Assembly (NCBI GenBank): GCA_965240325.2
Contig: OZ251245.1
Location: 930,001 to 994,000 of the forward strand
Reading direction: 5' to 3'
Length of the DNA: 64,000 nt
From: Rebecca billardiae RCC1528
Taxonomy: Eukaryota > Protista > Haptophyta
In this document: positions 47,415-59,645 of the stretch, in pieces
Layout: each line of letters opens with the position of its first letter
Position numbering within the stretch: the first letter of the stretch is position 1
Program-made: the position numbers and the translations under genes
Notes under the pieces: model-generated
Told to the model about the DNA's origin: nothing
The model's input: only the letters and a program-made list of their open reading frames with translations
Databases searched by the model: none

Positions 47415-48938
47415 TCAGTCTCCGGCTGGCGGCCCGCACGCTGCTGATGGCGCTGCAGCATGATCGTGGTTGGTGATCGCCACGCGCGCAGCGCCGCCCA
47501 GCTTGAGCGAGCCCGTGACGAGCACGCGGCGCGCCGGACGCTGCTCTGCGGCGATCGCGAGCGCGCGCGCGACCGCGTCCTCGGCGTCGTCGACAATCTC
47601 ACACGTGTGCCACCCCTGCGCGCGCGCGAGCTTGAGGAGCTCGTCCGGGCACACGGAGGGCACGTCGGCGGATGCGGGCAGCCGCGTGGCGACGAGCACG
47701 CCGCCGCTGTCGCCGCGCGCATGCTCGAGCGCGCGCACGATGCCGGCGGCGTCCTTGTCCGCGGCCACGCCGAGCACGACCACCGCGCCTCCGCTCGGCG
47801 CGGCGGGCTCGCCGCCGTCGCGCAGGCAGGCCCCGCCCCCCGCGCCCTCCGAGCCGCGCGTCGCCTCGGCCGCGCGAGGCGGCTCGGCGCCGAGCGCGCG
47901 CGCGGCGTGCGCGACACTCTCCGGCACGTGCGCGCCGTCAAGCAGCACGCGCACGCCGTCGTGCGTGCGCACGCGCTCCATGCGCGCAGGGAGGAGCGTG
48001 GCCGCCGCCGCTCGCTCGGCGTGCGCCAGGCCCGACGCGTCGAGCGCGCCGCGCTCCGCGCGCGCGTCGGCCGGCCCCGCCAGCCCCCGCTGCTCGCCCC
48101 GCCGCGGCGGCAGCAGCCCGCGGCGTCGCAGCTCGGCCAGTGCCGCGCTGCTTAGCGCCGCGGTCGCCGCCTCGACCGCATCCGCCGACGCGCCCTGCGC
48201 GTGCTCGGGCGGCAGCGCGAAGAGGACGCGGTCGGCGCCGCGCCTGCGCGCCTCGTCGAGCGCCGCGACGCCGGCCTCGTCCGTGCGCGCCCAGCCCGGC
48301 GGCATGCCCACGACAAGGCTGGCGCCCGGACTCACGATCCCCGCCTTCTCGCGCGCGATCTCGGCGCGGCTCGCGCCCAGCTGCGCCGTGTGCTCGAGCA
48401 GCACGTTCGTGAGCACGCACACGGGCGCGCGCAGCACGTTGGTCGAGTCGCGCGCGCCCCCGAGCCCGCACTCCACGACGGCGAGGTCGACGCGCGCCTC
48501 GGCGAACGCGCAGAACGCGGCGGCGGTCAGGACGTCGAACCAACTCGCAAACGCGGCCGGGCAGCTCGGCTGCGCTCGAGCCAGCTCGTCGCGCGCGTCC
48601 ATCGAGGCGTGCAGCGCGGAGGCGAGCGCATCGTCCCCAATCGGCTCAGCGTCGACACTCACGCGCTCGTTCAGCCGGTGCACGTGCGGCGAGGTGTACA
48701 GCCCGACGCGCGCGCACTCGCGCCGCGCGAGCAGCGCCGTCCGCACGGCGACGCTGCCCTTCCCCTTCGACCCGGCGACGTGCACCGCGGCGAAGCGCGT
48801 GTGCGGGTCGTCGAGGTGCGCGAGGATCTGCGCGATTGGCGCGGTGGAGACGCTCCATCCGGCCGGCCGGGCGCCGCGCTCACGGTTGGTCAGCGCGGCC
48901 ATGCGCGCCAGCGCCGCCGTCAGGCGCGAGCCCGCCAT
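47415..48938 (-). CDS. folC: folylpolyglutamate synthase / dihydrofolate synthase
   Basis: HVAGSKGKGS P-loop, YTSPH, ECGLGGARDSTN, EKAGI, LPARME, LDGAH, VTGS. Confidence 0.93.
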   Translation of the reverse strand: MAGSRLTAALARMAALTNRERGARPAGWSVSTAPIAQILAHLDDPHTRFAAVHVAGSKGKGSVAVRTALLARRECARVGLYTSPHVHRLNERVSVDAEPIGDDALASALHASMDARDELARAQPSCPAAFASWFDVLTAAAFCAFAEARVDLAVVECGLGGARDSTNVLRAPVCVLTNVLLEHTAQLGASRAEIAREKAGIVSPGASLVVGMPPGWARTDEAGVAALDEARRRGADRVLFALPPEHAQGASADAVEAATAALSSAALAELRRRGLLPPRRGEQRGLAGPADARAERGALDASGLAHAERAAAATLLPARMERVRTHDGVRVLLDGAHVPESVAHAARALGAEPPRAAEATRGSEGAGGGACLRDGGEPAAPSGGAVVVLGVAADKDAAGIVRALEHARGDSGGVLVATRLPASADVPSVCPDELLKLARAQGWHTCEIVDDAEDAVARALAIAAEQRPARRVLVTGSLKLGGAARVAITNHDHAAAPSAACGPPAGD

Positions 48939-49239
48939 CGTTCGTGATCGGTCTCGGTCGGATCCGACCGCCTACAGTAGTAGATCCGGGGGCTAAACTG
49001 TGGGGTCGTATGTGCCGCCAAGGGCGGTCCTTGGTATCGCAGTCTACTTCATCTTGATGATTCTTGATCAGTCGTACTATCCATAGTACCGGGTAGTAGT
49101 ACACTGTCATTCATCAGCAGTACGGGCACTGGTCAGGCCGACAGCGGACAGGCTGCGGCCCCGCGAGCAGCACTCCCAGCAGGCAGTTACAGTAGCCATT
49201 AGGCACTGAGCGTCTCAAAGCTGTAAAAGCAGCAACCTA

Positions 49240-49744
49240 CAGGCAATCGCGGGCAATAAGAAGTCAGAGATCTCACGGCTAGCCTCGGTTTCTTAGCCGT
49301 TCGGTAGCCCGAGCGCCTACGGAGTCTCAGTTTCTTAGCTAGGTCCGCCCGCCGCGCAGGCGCGGGGGGCGCAGGGGGGCAGAGCCCCCCGCTGAGTTTT
49401 TAGGCCCGGCCGGCGAGGCCGACGAAAATTTTGGGCCTTTTTGGAGCAAATCTGGCATGATGTTGCATGGATGCTGCGGTGCACTGGCCAGGAGTGAGTC
49501 ATCAGGAGAAGTCGGGACTTGGCCTGTACTCGTAGTCGGGCCGCGCGCCGCGTCCCCGACGGGCCGACTGCGCCTCGCCCCGGCGGCGGACCACTCGTCA
49601 GCCGGGACGACGTAGTCCCGGTTCTTAGTGTGACTATGCGTATAGCGAACCAGCCAATCGCTAGCCTCAGTTTCTAGGCCAGATCCGCAGATAGCAAGCC
49701 CCAGTTTCTTAACGTGACAGCTCCTTATTGCCCGCGATTGCCTG
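49240..49744 (-). mobile_element. MITE copy 3 (505 bp, apparently identical to copy 1, inverted)
   Basis: Same TIR and TA flanks; internal ORF translation identical to copy 1. Confidence 0.93.
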
Positions 49745-49776
49745 TACAGCATCCGTATCTATCGGCACTTACGTCA

Positions 49777-51565
49777 TAGGGGGTCCAGGCCCTCAGCCTA
49801 GCGGTTGGGGGTATTCGACAGGCCTGCCATGTAGGTGTCTGTCGAGGCTGTCGCCTGTTGAAGTGCCCTCTAGTATGCCCCCCAGCCCAGCCCAGCCGTC
49901 AGAAGCACTCAAAACCGACTCCGCGTGCCGTCGCGCCGTCGTGCGGGCGCGCTGCCGGCCACTTTGTGTCACATAGAGATTCAGCGAAGTGGTACCCACC
50001 CGTGATGGCGGCTAGATGACGGAATGCGGTCGGTAGTACTTATTGACAACCGTTGCCACTCAGTCGAATGAATTTATGATGCAGCGACTGAATATTTGGC
50101 GCACCATGCTGGGCGCGTAGAAATTCAGGAGAAACAGCAGCAAGATCGAGCATGTTACCCATTTAAATACAGATAGATACCCGTAAATATGAGCATGTGT
50201 GTACCCGTACATACTAACGGTCGATGCGAGTCCATATGTATTCAAATCAATGTCTATATATGTGGGTACGTTCGAATACGGGCGCCGGAGATGAATATGC
50301 GGGCTCGGTCGCAACACTGGCGACTCAGCCGGCACCGGCGCCGCGTCGCCAGTCGTCCTACCCCAGCCCATGAGCCCATGCGAGGCCACCACCGGTCTAC
50401 GATTACCGCGGCTGCAGCGGCCAGCCACCGAGGCGGCCTCCGGCTCGGCGAGCTGCTCGGCGGCGAGCTTCGCGCTCTCTGACTCTGCTGCCACGCCCGC
50501 CGTGCTCACCGCCTTGACCATAGTGCGGTCCGCGCGCTGCTCCGCTGTGATCGCCGCCAGATCCTCACGCCGCGCCTTGGCCTCGGATGTGCCTGCGCGG
50601 CTGTTGGCGGCCGTGATGGCGCCGGCGGGCTCGGCGTCGCGCGCCTGCTCCGCGGTGAGCGTGACGTCCGTGCGCGTTCTTTGCTTCGCACATCCGTGCT
50701 GCAGCCCCACTATCCAGGCGTGCGCCTCGGCCGTGCACAGAGAACAGGCAGGGCCAAGGAAGCGGCCACTCGAGGCGGAACGCGAGAGATTCAAACCAGT
50801 AGTGCACCACCTTCTTGTTCAACAGGCCATCCTTGCCGAGCTGGGTCCATCCTGAGCGCCGTGGCGTTCTCGTGTGCCTTGAGTTGTTGCTAGAGCGCGC
50901 GGACATCGCCCAGCGAGAGGAGGTTGATGCGCTCGCGCAGCCGGCACCGGTAAGAAACTAGCGGCAGGCATCATGATGATTACATTCAGCGTATCGGCGT
51001 CGGAGAGAGGCAGCACACGCGACGGCGCGCGCTCGCCAACGCCTGCATGAGTGAATGCGGCAGTGGAAAGCATGCGCGCGGGAGTACCGCGGGGCCATCA
51101 GGGGGGCAGGTACGTGCGCAGGAACGCTACACATGGAAGGAGTATGTGTTGGGGACCGCGTATGCGCACCGTATGCGTGCGCGGCGCGCGCGCATCACCT
51201 GCAAGGGGAGCACCCTCCTCCATCTCGAGCGCATGAGCCAGCTTGAACGCACTGGCACGCGTGCAACCTCGCGGTTTCAATGTCCGACGCCGGCGACCGA
51301 TATGTCCGGGGACTTCATGGTGGTCACGTAGACTCGCTCGATCGGGCGCTCTCGACGCTCGTACGCGCTCTGTCGCGCCGAGGCGACGGTGGTGGTGACC
51401 GTCCAGTCGTGCATCTCCGTCGCCGCCAGCCCACTGAACAGCCCGACCCGGCAGCTCGCCGCGTACGCTCGCGGCGCTCGAATTTATGGCGAAACTCGCG
51501 CTCACTCCACTTGAAAACCCGTCGAGGCATTTTTTCGATTTTATTTTGGTGTGCTGGACCCCCTA
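49777..51565. mobile_element. internally deleted TIR element with 7-bp TSD, family of 2329-6453
   Basis: TIR TAGGGGGTCCAG / CTGGACCCCCTA; TSD TACGTCA at 49770-49776 and 51566-51572; 49880-50190 is homologous to 2440-2660 plus 4390-4470. Confidence 0.88.
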
Positions 51566-51950
51566 TACGTCAACCAGTGGGTGCTGGTAGTGGTGCCAGC
51601 AGTGAGCACTGCCCTAACTCAAACTGGGCAGTCCTCGGTCCGGCAGAACCGAACAGTGACGGACACGGTACTGTGGCTTGGCTGGCTTGGCTTGTTGGCT
51701 GTGTGCGCAAGCCAAGCCTTGCGCATTATCATCGGCATGGAGCTCCGAGTCTGCGGCAACCCTACGCCAGCTAGCTGACGAAGGACGACGCAGCATCATC
51801 CGCTGCGATGGCGTCACACACCATGGGGCCACCGCACGGTTGACCTCGCTGCAACCAAAATGGTGACAGCGACGAGCGCCCGCCGCGCCCGCCCGAGGCC
51901 GCGCGCCACGCGCCAGCAGCCTCGAAGAGCGAGCGGCGACGCGGTCGTCC

Positions 51951-52783
51951 TCATTCCTTCGACGTAAGCACGAAGAGCCCCATCAGCCCGACCAGGCAGT
52001 ACTTGAGCAGTGGGTAGTCGTTCATGATGATGGTGACCATGCCGATGTAGGGTAAGTATCTATCGGCACCGAGCAGCCGCGCATGCACGCGCACGGCGGC
52101 GCGCGCACGCACCGCGCGCATGAGTGCGCGGCGTGGAGTGCGCGGCGGTGGCGCGCTCAGCGCGGCGGGCCCAGCGCCCTTCGCGCCCGCCGCAGCCCGC
52201 CACCACGCCGCGCCGCGCATCCGCCTTCCCCCCCGCGCGCGCACCCTTTCGCCCGGCCTATGATATGCTCCTTATTAATCCACGACTGGCCTGAGGCGTA
52301 GAGCCCGCGGTCGTCGACCGAGTTGTTGTCGCCTTTTGTGAGGATGTCGACGACGCCGCTCGGCTTCTCGTGCACCTTGATCACGCGGTGCACGATCGGA
52401 ATATCTCTGTCCGCCACCTTGAAGACCACGATGTCTCCTGCCCGGAACGCGGAGTAGCCCATGTGCAGAAACAGAATGTCTCCCCTGTGGAACGCCGGCT
52501 CCATCGAGCCCGAGAGCACGACGACGACGGGGCTCTCCGACTCGGTGAGCACCATCAGCGATTTCCAGATCATCAGCGCCGAGCACACGATCATGCACAG
52601 GTTGAGCACCTGGTGCGCGAGCTGCGGGCAGGCGAGCCGCCGACGGACGCGGCGCACGGCGCGCGGCGCGCATCAGCCGCGGCGCCGCGAGAGCTGGCAC
52701 CGTCGAGTCCGCGCGGCGCCGGCGCGTACAGTGCGCGGCCGCATCTCTTTCAGCTGGTAGTACATATCCGTGAACATCTCCAT
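51951..52783 (-). CDS. SEC11: signal peptidase complex catalytic subunit SEC11; exons 52783-52730, 52621-52245, 52059-51951
   Basis: [60 protein letters not shown]; in-frame GT-AG introns. Confidence 0.96.
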
Positions 52784-52930
52784 CGCTGCGGCTCGGCCAC
52801 CCTGCCGGTGCGCGGCGGGAGACCTGGCGGCCGCGTGGCACGCGAAACAAGGACGATGGCGGGGCCGCCAGGCGAGCAGCGACGAGCACGCAGCAGCACA
52901 GCTCCGGTCGTCGTCAGTGACCCGAGCAGC

Positions 52931-54422
52931 ATGGCGGCTGCCTCGCCCGCCGGCGTGGTGGTGGCGCAGGCATGGGCCGCGGTGGACTGCAGCGACCACA
53001 TCGAGTGCGCGCTGCTGTCGCGCGACGAGCGGCTCGTCTGCCTGGGCTCGGCCGGCGGCGAGATCCTCGTCGTGGACGCCGAGGCTGGCACCGTCGTCAA
53101 GGCCCTGCAGGCGCACGCGGGCGGGACGCTCGCCATGTGCCTCACGCCTGACGGCCGGCTGGTCTCGGGGGGCGAGGACAGCTGCGTGCGGCTGCACTCG
53201 CTCGAGACGCTCGAGCCCATCGGCCAGCTCCGCGTCGAGGCCGTCGCCGGCGTGAACTGCCCGACGGGCACGTGGGTGAGCGCGGTCGCGTGCGCGCACA
53301 ACCATGCGCGCGTCGCCGCTGGCGCCGGGCAGACGATTGTCGTTGCGGACGTGGACAGCGGCGCATTCGGGGCGGGGGGCGCGGCCGGCGTGCCTGGAGG
53401 CTTCATCCAGTCCCTCGGCCCGCTCGAGCGCGCGGTCGACTGCCTCGCCTTCATGCCAGACGGCACGCTGTGCTCATGCGGGTACGGAGGTGTCACGTTG
53501 TGGCGAGCGGCCGGCGCGGGCGCGCCGGCCGGCGGCGGCGCCGCCGATGGCCCGTTGGAGCGCGTGCCGCGGTTGGCGAAGACGTACCACGTGGGCACGG
53601 AGGGCACGACGCTCGGGTACAAGGGCTGGCTCCTCAGCCTCGCGCCCGCGCCGAGCGGCGAGTGGATCGCCTCCGGCTGCTCAGACAACACGGTCCGGCT
53701 GTGGCGCGTCGCCTCCGGCCAAGACTTCAAGTGCGGAGGTGCGGCGCGCGCGGCGCGCGCGTGGCGGCCCCGCGCCACGCCGCGCCGAGAACCCCGCGCC
53801 CCCCCCTCCGCCGCGCAGGCTACTCCACCAAGATCAGCTGCGTGCTCTGGGACCCCTCCGGCAGCCTGTGCGCCACCTCAGGCTCCAACCAGGCCACTCT
53901 GTGGGACTTCAGCCAGGGCAGCCCGGCAGGGACCGCGCCGATCGCGTGCGTCGGGCAGCGCGCGCTGGTCACGGCCCTCGCGTTCCACCCGGCCGGCCGC
54001 CTCTTCGCCTCCGGCTCGGTCGATGGCTCGGTCAAGCTGTACGACGTGTGCTCGTACGAGCAGGGCAACCTGAGAGAGGGTGCGTGTGTGCGCGCGCTCA
54101 GCACGTGCGCGCCTGGAGGGAGTGCCGCCGTCGCGCGGCGGCGGCGCGAGCGGCGCGGCCGAGCCCGGCGGCTGAGGGGATGGCACCGTGCCTCTGCTCA
54201 GCAGCACCCTCTCCGCGCACCCTCCCGCCGCGTCGGCCTTCGCCCACACGCGCGCGCCCTCCAGGCCGGCCACACGTGTGCCACCCCCTCGCCAGCTTCA
54301 GCACGGCGAGCACCGTGGGCGACGGCGCGTGCGCAGTCGAGCGGCTCGTCTGGGCGCGCTCTGGCGTGCTCGTGGTCGCGTGCGCACACGGCCGGAGCTT
54401 CGCTCTGCGAGTGTCCTCGTGA
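52931..54422 (+). CDS. WD40-repeat protein; exons 52931-53738, 53819-54079, 54265-54422
   Basis: LVSGGEDSCVRLH, IASGCSDNTVRLW, FASGSVDGSVKLYD; both phase-1 introns restore the frame. Confidence 0.88.
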
Positions 54423-55471
54423 GCCCTCACGAGTCGTCATGAGCCGGCGCGCGGAAATTATCGTCGGTCGCGTCGTCATCGCGATCCGCGGATGTGGAGT
54501 CGACGTCGTGATCCGCGTGGGGTCGTGAACATCATTGGCACGCCAGTGTCCGGTGGCTCAGTGGCTCGGGCCTCGGCTCCGGGCTGCTGGCGACCGGCGC
54601 CACACTCGGGCCTGCCTGACCATATCGAATGCTGCCTTCGATCGGCTCGTCTGCTGCTGCTATCATCTCGTCAGTACACATATGTATATAATATGTATTA
54701 TATATATGTAACTCAATATATATATATATAATATATATAATACTGACAGTATAATTTTTATTTATATATATGGCTAATATGCATGCGCAGCACTCCAGCA
54801 GCGGCGCGACGGAGTGATCGGACGACGACGACGGCCGACGGAATAAGTATATATATATACATACTACCTACGATACCGAGTGCGGCCTGCGCGGGCCCAG
54901 CCCCGGGCCCAGCCCCAGGCCGGGCCCGCCCGGGGCCGGGCCCGCGGGCGGCCCGGCAAACCCCGCGATCGGGCCGCGCCGGCCCGGGGCCGGGGCGGCG
55001 GGCGACGCCGGCGACTCGCCGACGGGCCGCGTGAGCGGACAGAGCGGTCAGCGGTGAGTCTGCGGTGAGGCCGGGCCGGAGTAGCACTCCGCCACTCATC
55101 CGGAGTGGCGGCGAGTAGTTCGAAGCGCGCACTACAGTGGGTCAAGTTCGGTCGCACCCCGGCCGCCCGGCCGGGCAGGGCCGAGCCGCGCCGGGGCGGC
55201 GGCCGGTGCATAGGGAGGTGTGTGCATAGGCCATCGGACCAGCCCAGCAACGAGCGAGCGGGTCGCGACGGCGGAAGAGTACTGCGCCGATCGGTGTCGA
55301 CTGTCGAATGCAGCAGGGTACAGATGGTGGCCGCATCAGCCAGCAACGCACATGGATCATGCGCCGCCCGTCGAAGCCGATGGGAAGCCGGGGTACGTGT
55401 GCGGAGTGGACATGCCATGGCTGCGGGCACAGCGTGCGGCCATGGCGAGGCTCGAGAGTGCCCATGCGCGC

Positions 55472-56327
55472 TTACACAATGGCGATGAGCTCCACGTCGA
55501 AGATGAGCGTCGCCTGCGAGCACATGGCGACAGGAGGCGCAGGGCGCGTGCTGGTAACGAGCGGTCGGGCATGCGAGCGGCGGGCGTGCGTTGCGCGCGC
55601 GCAGGCGGCGCATGATGCGGCGAGGCGCGCGCACCTTGGGCGGGATGGGTCCCTGGCCGCCATCACCGTAGGCCAGGTCGCTCGGGATCGTGAGCTTCGC
55701 CTTGCCGCCGGGCTTCATCATCTGCAGCCCCTCCGTCCACCCCTTAATCACCTGGCCGAGCGGGAACTCAATCGGCTCGCCGCGAGCGATGGACGAGTCG
55801 AAGACGGTGCCGTCGACGAGGCGGCCCTCGTAGTGCACGCGCACGGTGCTCGCGGCGGTGGGCGACTCGCCCGAGCCCGCCGCCACCTCCTTGTACACCA
55901 GGCCCGTGAGCGTCTTCTGCGCGCCCGCCTCCGCGGCCGCGGCGGTCAGCGCCTCAGCGCCCTCAGAAGCCGCCTTCTCTGCCATCACGGCCTGCTTGGC
56001 CTGCAGGAGTGCGGCGGCGCTCTGCGCGTAGGCGTTCACGTCGATGGAGATGCTGTCCGTCAGCGCGTCCTTCATGCCCATGAACAGCGTGTCCAGCTCC
56101 GACGCCTCGAGGCACTTGAGGTCGCCCAGCTGCCGCCCGATGTTCGCGCCGAGCGTGTAGAGCGACTTGGCGTCGTCGGTGTCGAGCGAGGACGCGCGGA
56201 TGCCCGAGGAGCCGAAGCGCCTGATCGCGCCGCCACGCAGGGCGGACGCCGCGACCGTGCGGCCCGCCGACATGCGCGCCGCGTGCGAGAAGATGGAGAC
56301 GCACATCGTCGCAGCGAGCACCGACAT
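55472..56327 (-). CDS. FKBP-type peptidyl-prolyl isomerase (FkpA/Mip-like, organelle-targeted); exons 56327-55635 and 55513-55472
   Basis: [12 protein letters not shown]-domain; [42 protein letters not shown]|[10 protein letters not shown]. Confidence 0.95.
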
Positions 56328-57297
56328 CGCGCGCGCTTTCGGCGACACGCGTCTTCGGCTCCTCAGTGTGGTTTCGTCGCGAACGTTTCGCAGGGCCGGA
56401 CACACGTGAAGCCAAGCCACCGGACTTACGCGGCCGCGGCGGGCGGCCGGGCCCGAGTACTGGACGTGGTCGTGGGACTCGTTGGCAGCGAGCGCAACTG
56501 GGCCTCACTGGGAGGAGCAGGTGCAGAGGGTCCATGGGATCGGCCTGCAGCCACGGGAGTAGAGGCGAAATCTGCCGGTCGTGTGAAAAGGGTCGCATCA
56601 AGCTCAACTACGTCTACGTCGAGTACGGCGACGGACGCACAGACTACCGCCGGCAGGAATCGTGCACGAGGTGTACGTATCGTGGTGACTTCCGGTGTGA
56701 GCCTTTCGAGATGAGATGATGCATCCGCGGCCCCAGCTCGCGCTCACGTCGGTGGGAATGCGGCGGCGCACGCGCCGGGCTGCTGGAGGTCACGCAGAGT
56801 CTGAGTCGCCACGGCACGAGGAGCCGGCGTGCGAACAGGCTGATATCGCACGGGAGATGTGGTTGGCGTTGAGTTCGCTACAGCGAGCGCCAGCGCTCAG
56901 ACTGCTGCATGCTACACCGCTGAGGACTGCGTCTCGTCTGAGGCTCGCCGCAGCAGCCAGCCCGCCACCGGTGCGCCGATGCGGCCGCGCCCGCGGGAGT
57001 CGGACTGAGACGGCCCGCGGCCGCCGGCCGGGCCCGGGGGCCGGGCGCGGGGCCTGACGGCAGCTGATGATGAACAGCACTACTGGCCACAGCGTCACCG
57101 CAGCTGAGACGGCCATGTGACATATCCGGTCCTGCACCCTCGCCCTCGACTGGGATCTGGGACCGTGCCCGTGACCGGTCGTGAGTCGTCCACGACCACG
57201 GCCAAGCGGATGCTCCAAGTTGAAAGTGGCAGACTGGTGAGCAAGTCCAAGCAGGTCAGCGCGACAGCGCCGGACTTTTTGAAATCCATTCATCAGC

Positions 57298-59439
57298 ATG
57301 GGTCTGCTCACGCTCACTCCGTCGGGCGAGCAGCTCGAGGGCGACGTCGTCGTCGGCCGCGCACCCGAGGCGTCGTTCCGGGTGAACAGGAAGGACGTGT
57401 CGCGCAAGCACTTTGAGATCGTCACGCAGCACGGCGAGCAGGCGTACGTGCAGGTCTTCAAGGCGGGCTCGACTACGCTCAACGGCGCAGCGCTGCCAGT
57501 CGGGCGGTCCGACGTCGGCGCGGGCGATGTGATCTCGCTCAAGTCCTTCTCGCCCACGGCGGAGAACAAGATCCGCCACTTTGACTTTGCGCTGCGCGAC
57601 GCCGCCGCCGCGCAGCCCGCGCCGCGACCGCGCGGCTCGAGCGGTGAGAATTCGACGGCCGTCGCCAACATGGCCGGCCTCGCCGCCGCCGCCGCTGCGC
57701 AGGGCATGGCCGCGGCGCTGCGCAGGCAGTCGGCGCCGGCGGCAGCGTCCCCGGTGCGGCCGAGCCCTGCGGGCAGCCTGCCGCCCCCGGCCGCGCCTCT
57801 GGCTCCCACGATGCTGCCCGAGCCGCCGTCGACGTTGCCGCCGCCGCTGCTGCCGACGCCATTCGGCAGCGCGCCCGTGGCTCGGCCGCTGGCGTGTGCA
57901 GCCGCTCCCGCCATCGAGGTGCCAGCGACAGCGCCACCGGCGCCTATGGCCCCGCCACCGCCGCCTCCACCACCACCGCCGCCACCACCGCCGCCCAGCG
58001 CGCCACCGCCGCCGCCGCCGCCGCCGCCGCCCGGCCGCGCGACGCGCAGCGCTCGCGCCACCGGCTCGGCAGCGGCGGACCCGTCGGCTCCCAAGCTCAA
58101 GCCGCTGGTCTGGACCAAGCTGCCGAAGAACCGGCTGAAGGGCACGGTGTGGCTGGCGATCGAGGGCGGGGCAGGCGGCGCGCGGGGGCCGAGTGCGGAC
58201 GTCGACGAGGCCGAGCTCGAGCGCCTCTTCGCCGCGGCCGCGCCGGCCCTGACGAGCGGCCGCGGCGCGCTCGGCGCCGCCCCGGGCGTCAGCTCTGGGC
58301 GCGGCGGCGGAGTGCTGCGGGTGCTCGACGCCAAGCGCGCGAACAACCTCGCGATCATCCTCGCGCGGCTGAAGCTGCCGGTGCGCGAGATGCGCGCGGC
58401 GGTGCTCGAGCTCGACGAGGAGCGCCTCACCCACGAGCACGTCGCCTCGCTGCTCAAGGCCATCCCCTCCGCGCAGGAGGTTGAGAATGTTCTCGTCGCG
58501 CTCGAGAGCGCGGCCGGCGGCGGCGCGCAGCAGCAGCCGACTCCGGCGCTCGGCGAGGCGGAGCGGTTCGTCAAGGAGGTGGGCACGATCCCGCGGCTGC
58601 GCGAGCGCCTCGAGTCGCTGCACTACAAGCAGCGCTTCGCCGCCGAGATGCAGTCGCTCGCGCGCAACGCGATGGACGTGTCGGTCGCGTGCGACGAGCT
58701 CAGAGAGGCGAGCCTGCTGCGCGCGCTGCTCGCGTTGGTGCTGCGCGCGGGCAACACGCTCAACCGCGGCACGTTCCGGGGCGGCGCGCAGGGCGTGGGG
58801 CTGGAGTGCGTGGGCAGGCTGCACGAGGTGAAGGCGGGCGCGGGCGGGGCGGGCGCCACGCCCGACCTGCTCTGCTACTGCCTGCGCGTGCTCGGCGCGA
58901 CGCTGTCGCCCGCCGGCGCGGCAGACGGCTCATCGGCGGATGAGCCGAGTGCACACGTGCGCGCCGCCGCAGACGCGCTCGTCGCTGAGCTCAGCGGCGC
59001 GCGCGCGGCGGCGCGCGTGTGCGCGAGCGCGCTCGGCGAGGACGTCGACGCGTTCGCGCGCGGGTTCGACGAGGTGCAGGCCGAGCTCACCCTCGCGCAG
59101 CAGCAGGCGCGCAAGGGCGCCAAGCTCGGCGCGGACGAGGCGGCGGCGGCCGAGCAGTTTGTGCGCGGCATGGCCAACTTTTGCGCGAGCGCCGGGCGGC
59201 AGGTGGGCGAGCTGCGCGAGGAGCTCAAGCGGATGGAGGCGGAGTTCGACGACGTGCGCGTCTTCTTCGGCGAGGCCGAGGGCGTCACCGTCTCCGACTT
59301 CTTCTCGCGCCTCGCCGCCTTCGTCGGGCAGCTCGAGGCCGTGAGCCTGCGCTTTGCGCCGGCGGCGCCGGCGCCTGCAGCCAACTCGGCAGGGCCGGGC
59401 GGCGCCAGCGCGCCCGCCAAGCGTCAGCGCATGCGCTGA
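57298..59439 (+). CDS. formin with N-terminal FHA domain, poly-Pro FH1 and FH2
   Basis: FHA: VVVGR..VSRKH..TTLNG; poly-Pro tract; FH2: KLKPLVWTKL, TVW, LDAKRANNLAIIL, GNTLNRG..GAQG, FFGE. Confidence 0.92.
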   Translation: MGLLTLTPSGEQLEGDVVVGRAPEASFRVNRKDVSRKHFEIVTQHGEQAYVQVFKAGSTTLNGAALPVGRSDVGAGDVISLKSFSPTAENKIRHFDFALRDAAAAQPAPRPRGSSGENSTAVANMAGLAAAAAAQGMAAALRRQSAPAAASPVRPSPAGSLPPPAAPLAPTMLPEPPSTLPPPLLPTPFGSAPVARPLACAAAPAIEVPATAPPAPMAPPPPPPPPPPPPPPPSAPPPPPPPPPPGRATRSARATGSAAADPSAPKLKPLVWTKLPKNRLKGTVWLAIEGGAGGARGPSADVDEAELERLFAAAAPALTSGRGALGAAPGVSSGRGGGVLRVLDAKRANNLAIILARLKLPVREMRAAVLELDEERLTHEHVASLLKAIPSAQEVENVLVALESAAGGGAQQQPTPALGEAERFVKEVGTIPRLRERLESLHYKQRFAAEMQSLARNAMDVSVACDELREASLLRALLALVLRAGNTLNRGTFRGGAQGVGLECVGRLHEVKAGAGGAGATPDLLCYCLRVLGATLSPAGAADGSSADEPSAHVRAAADALVAELSGARAAARVCASALGEDVDAFARGFDEVQAELTLAQQQARKGAKLGADEAAAAEQFVRGMANFCASAGRQVGELREELKRMEAEFDDVRVFFGEAEGVTVSDFFSRLAAFVGQLEAVSLRFAPAAPAPAANSAGPGGASAPAKRQRMR

Positions 59440-59645
59440 CGCCGCCCTCTGCGCAGTCCGATGTCTCTCTAGCTCTATTGATCGCAAAGTGACTTAGTGA
59501 CTGACAGACTAGGGCCTCAAACGAGTCGTGTTTATTAATATTATTATTCTATTATAATTTCTAATATTCTAATAATAATGATATATATATATACATAACT
59601 ATACTCTGCTAGATCTATCTAGACGATATATGAATTTATATATCA

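Noticed and set aside
47470-48996. Long antisense ORFs (also 56790-58586, 59778-61607, 35598-36989, 18840-20276)
   Set aside because: Shadow ORFs of GC-rich genes on the opposite strand.
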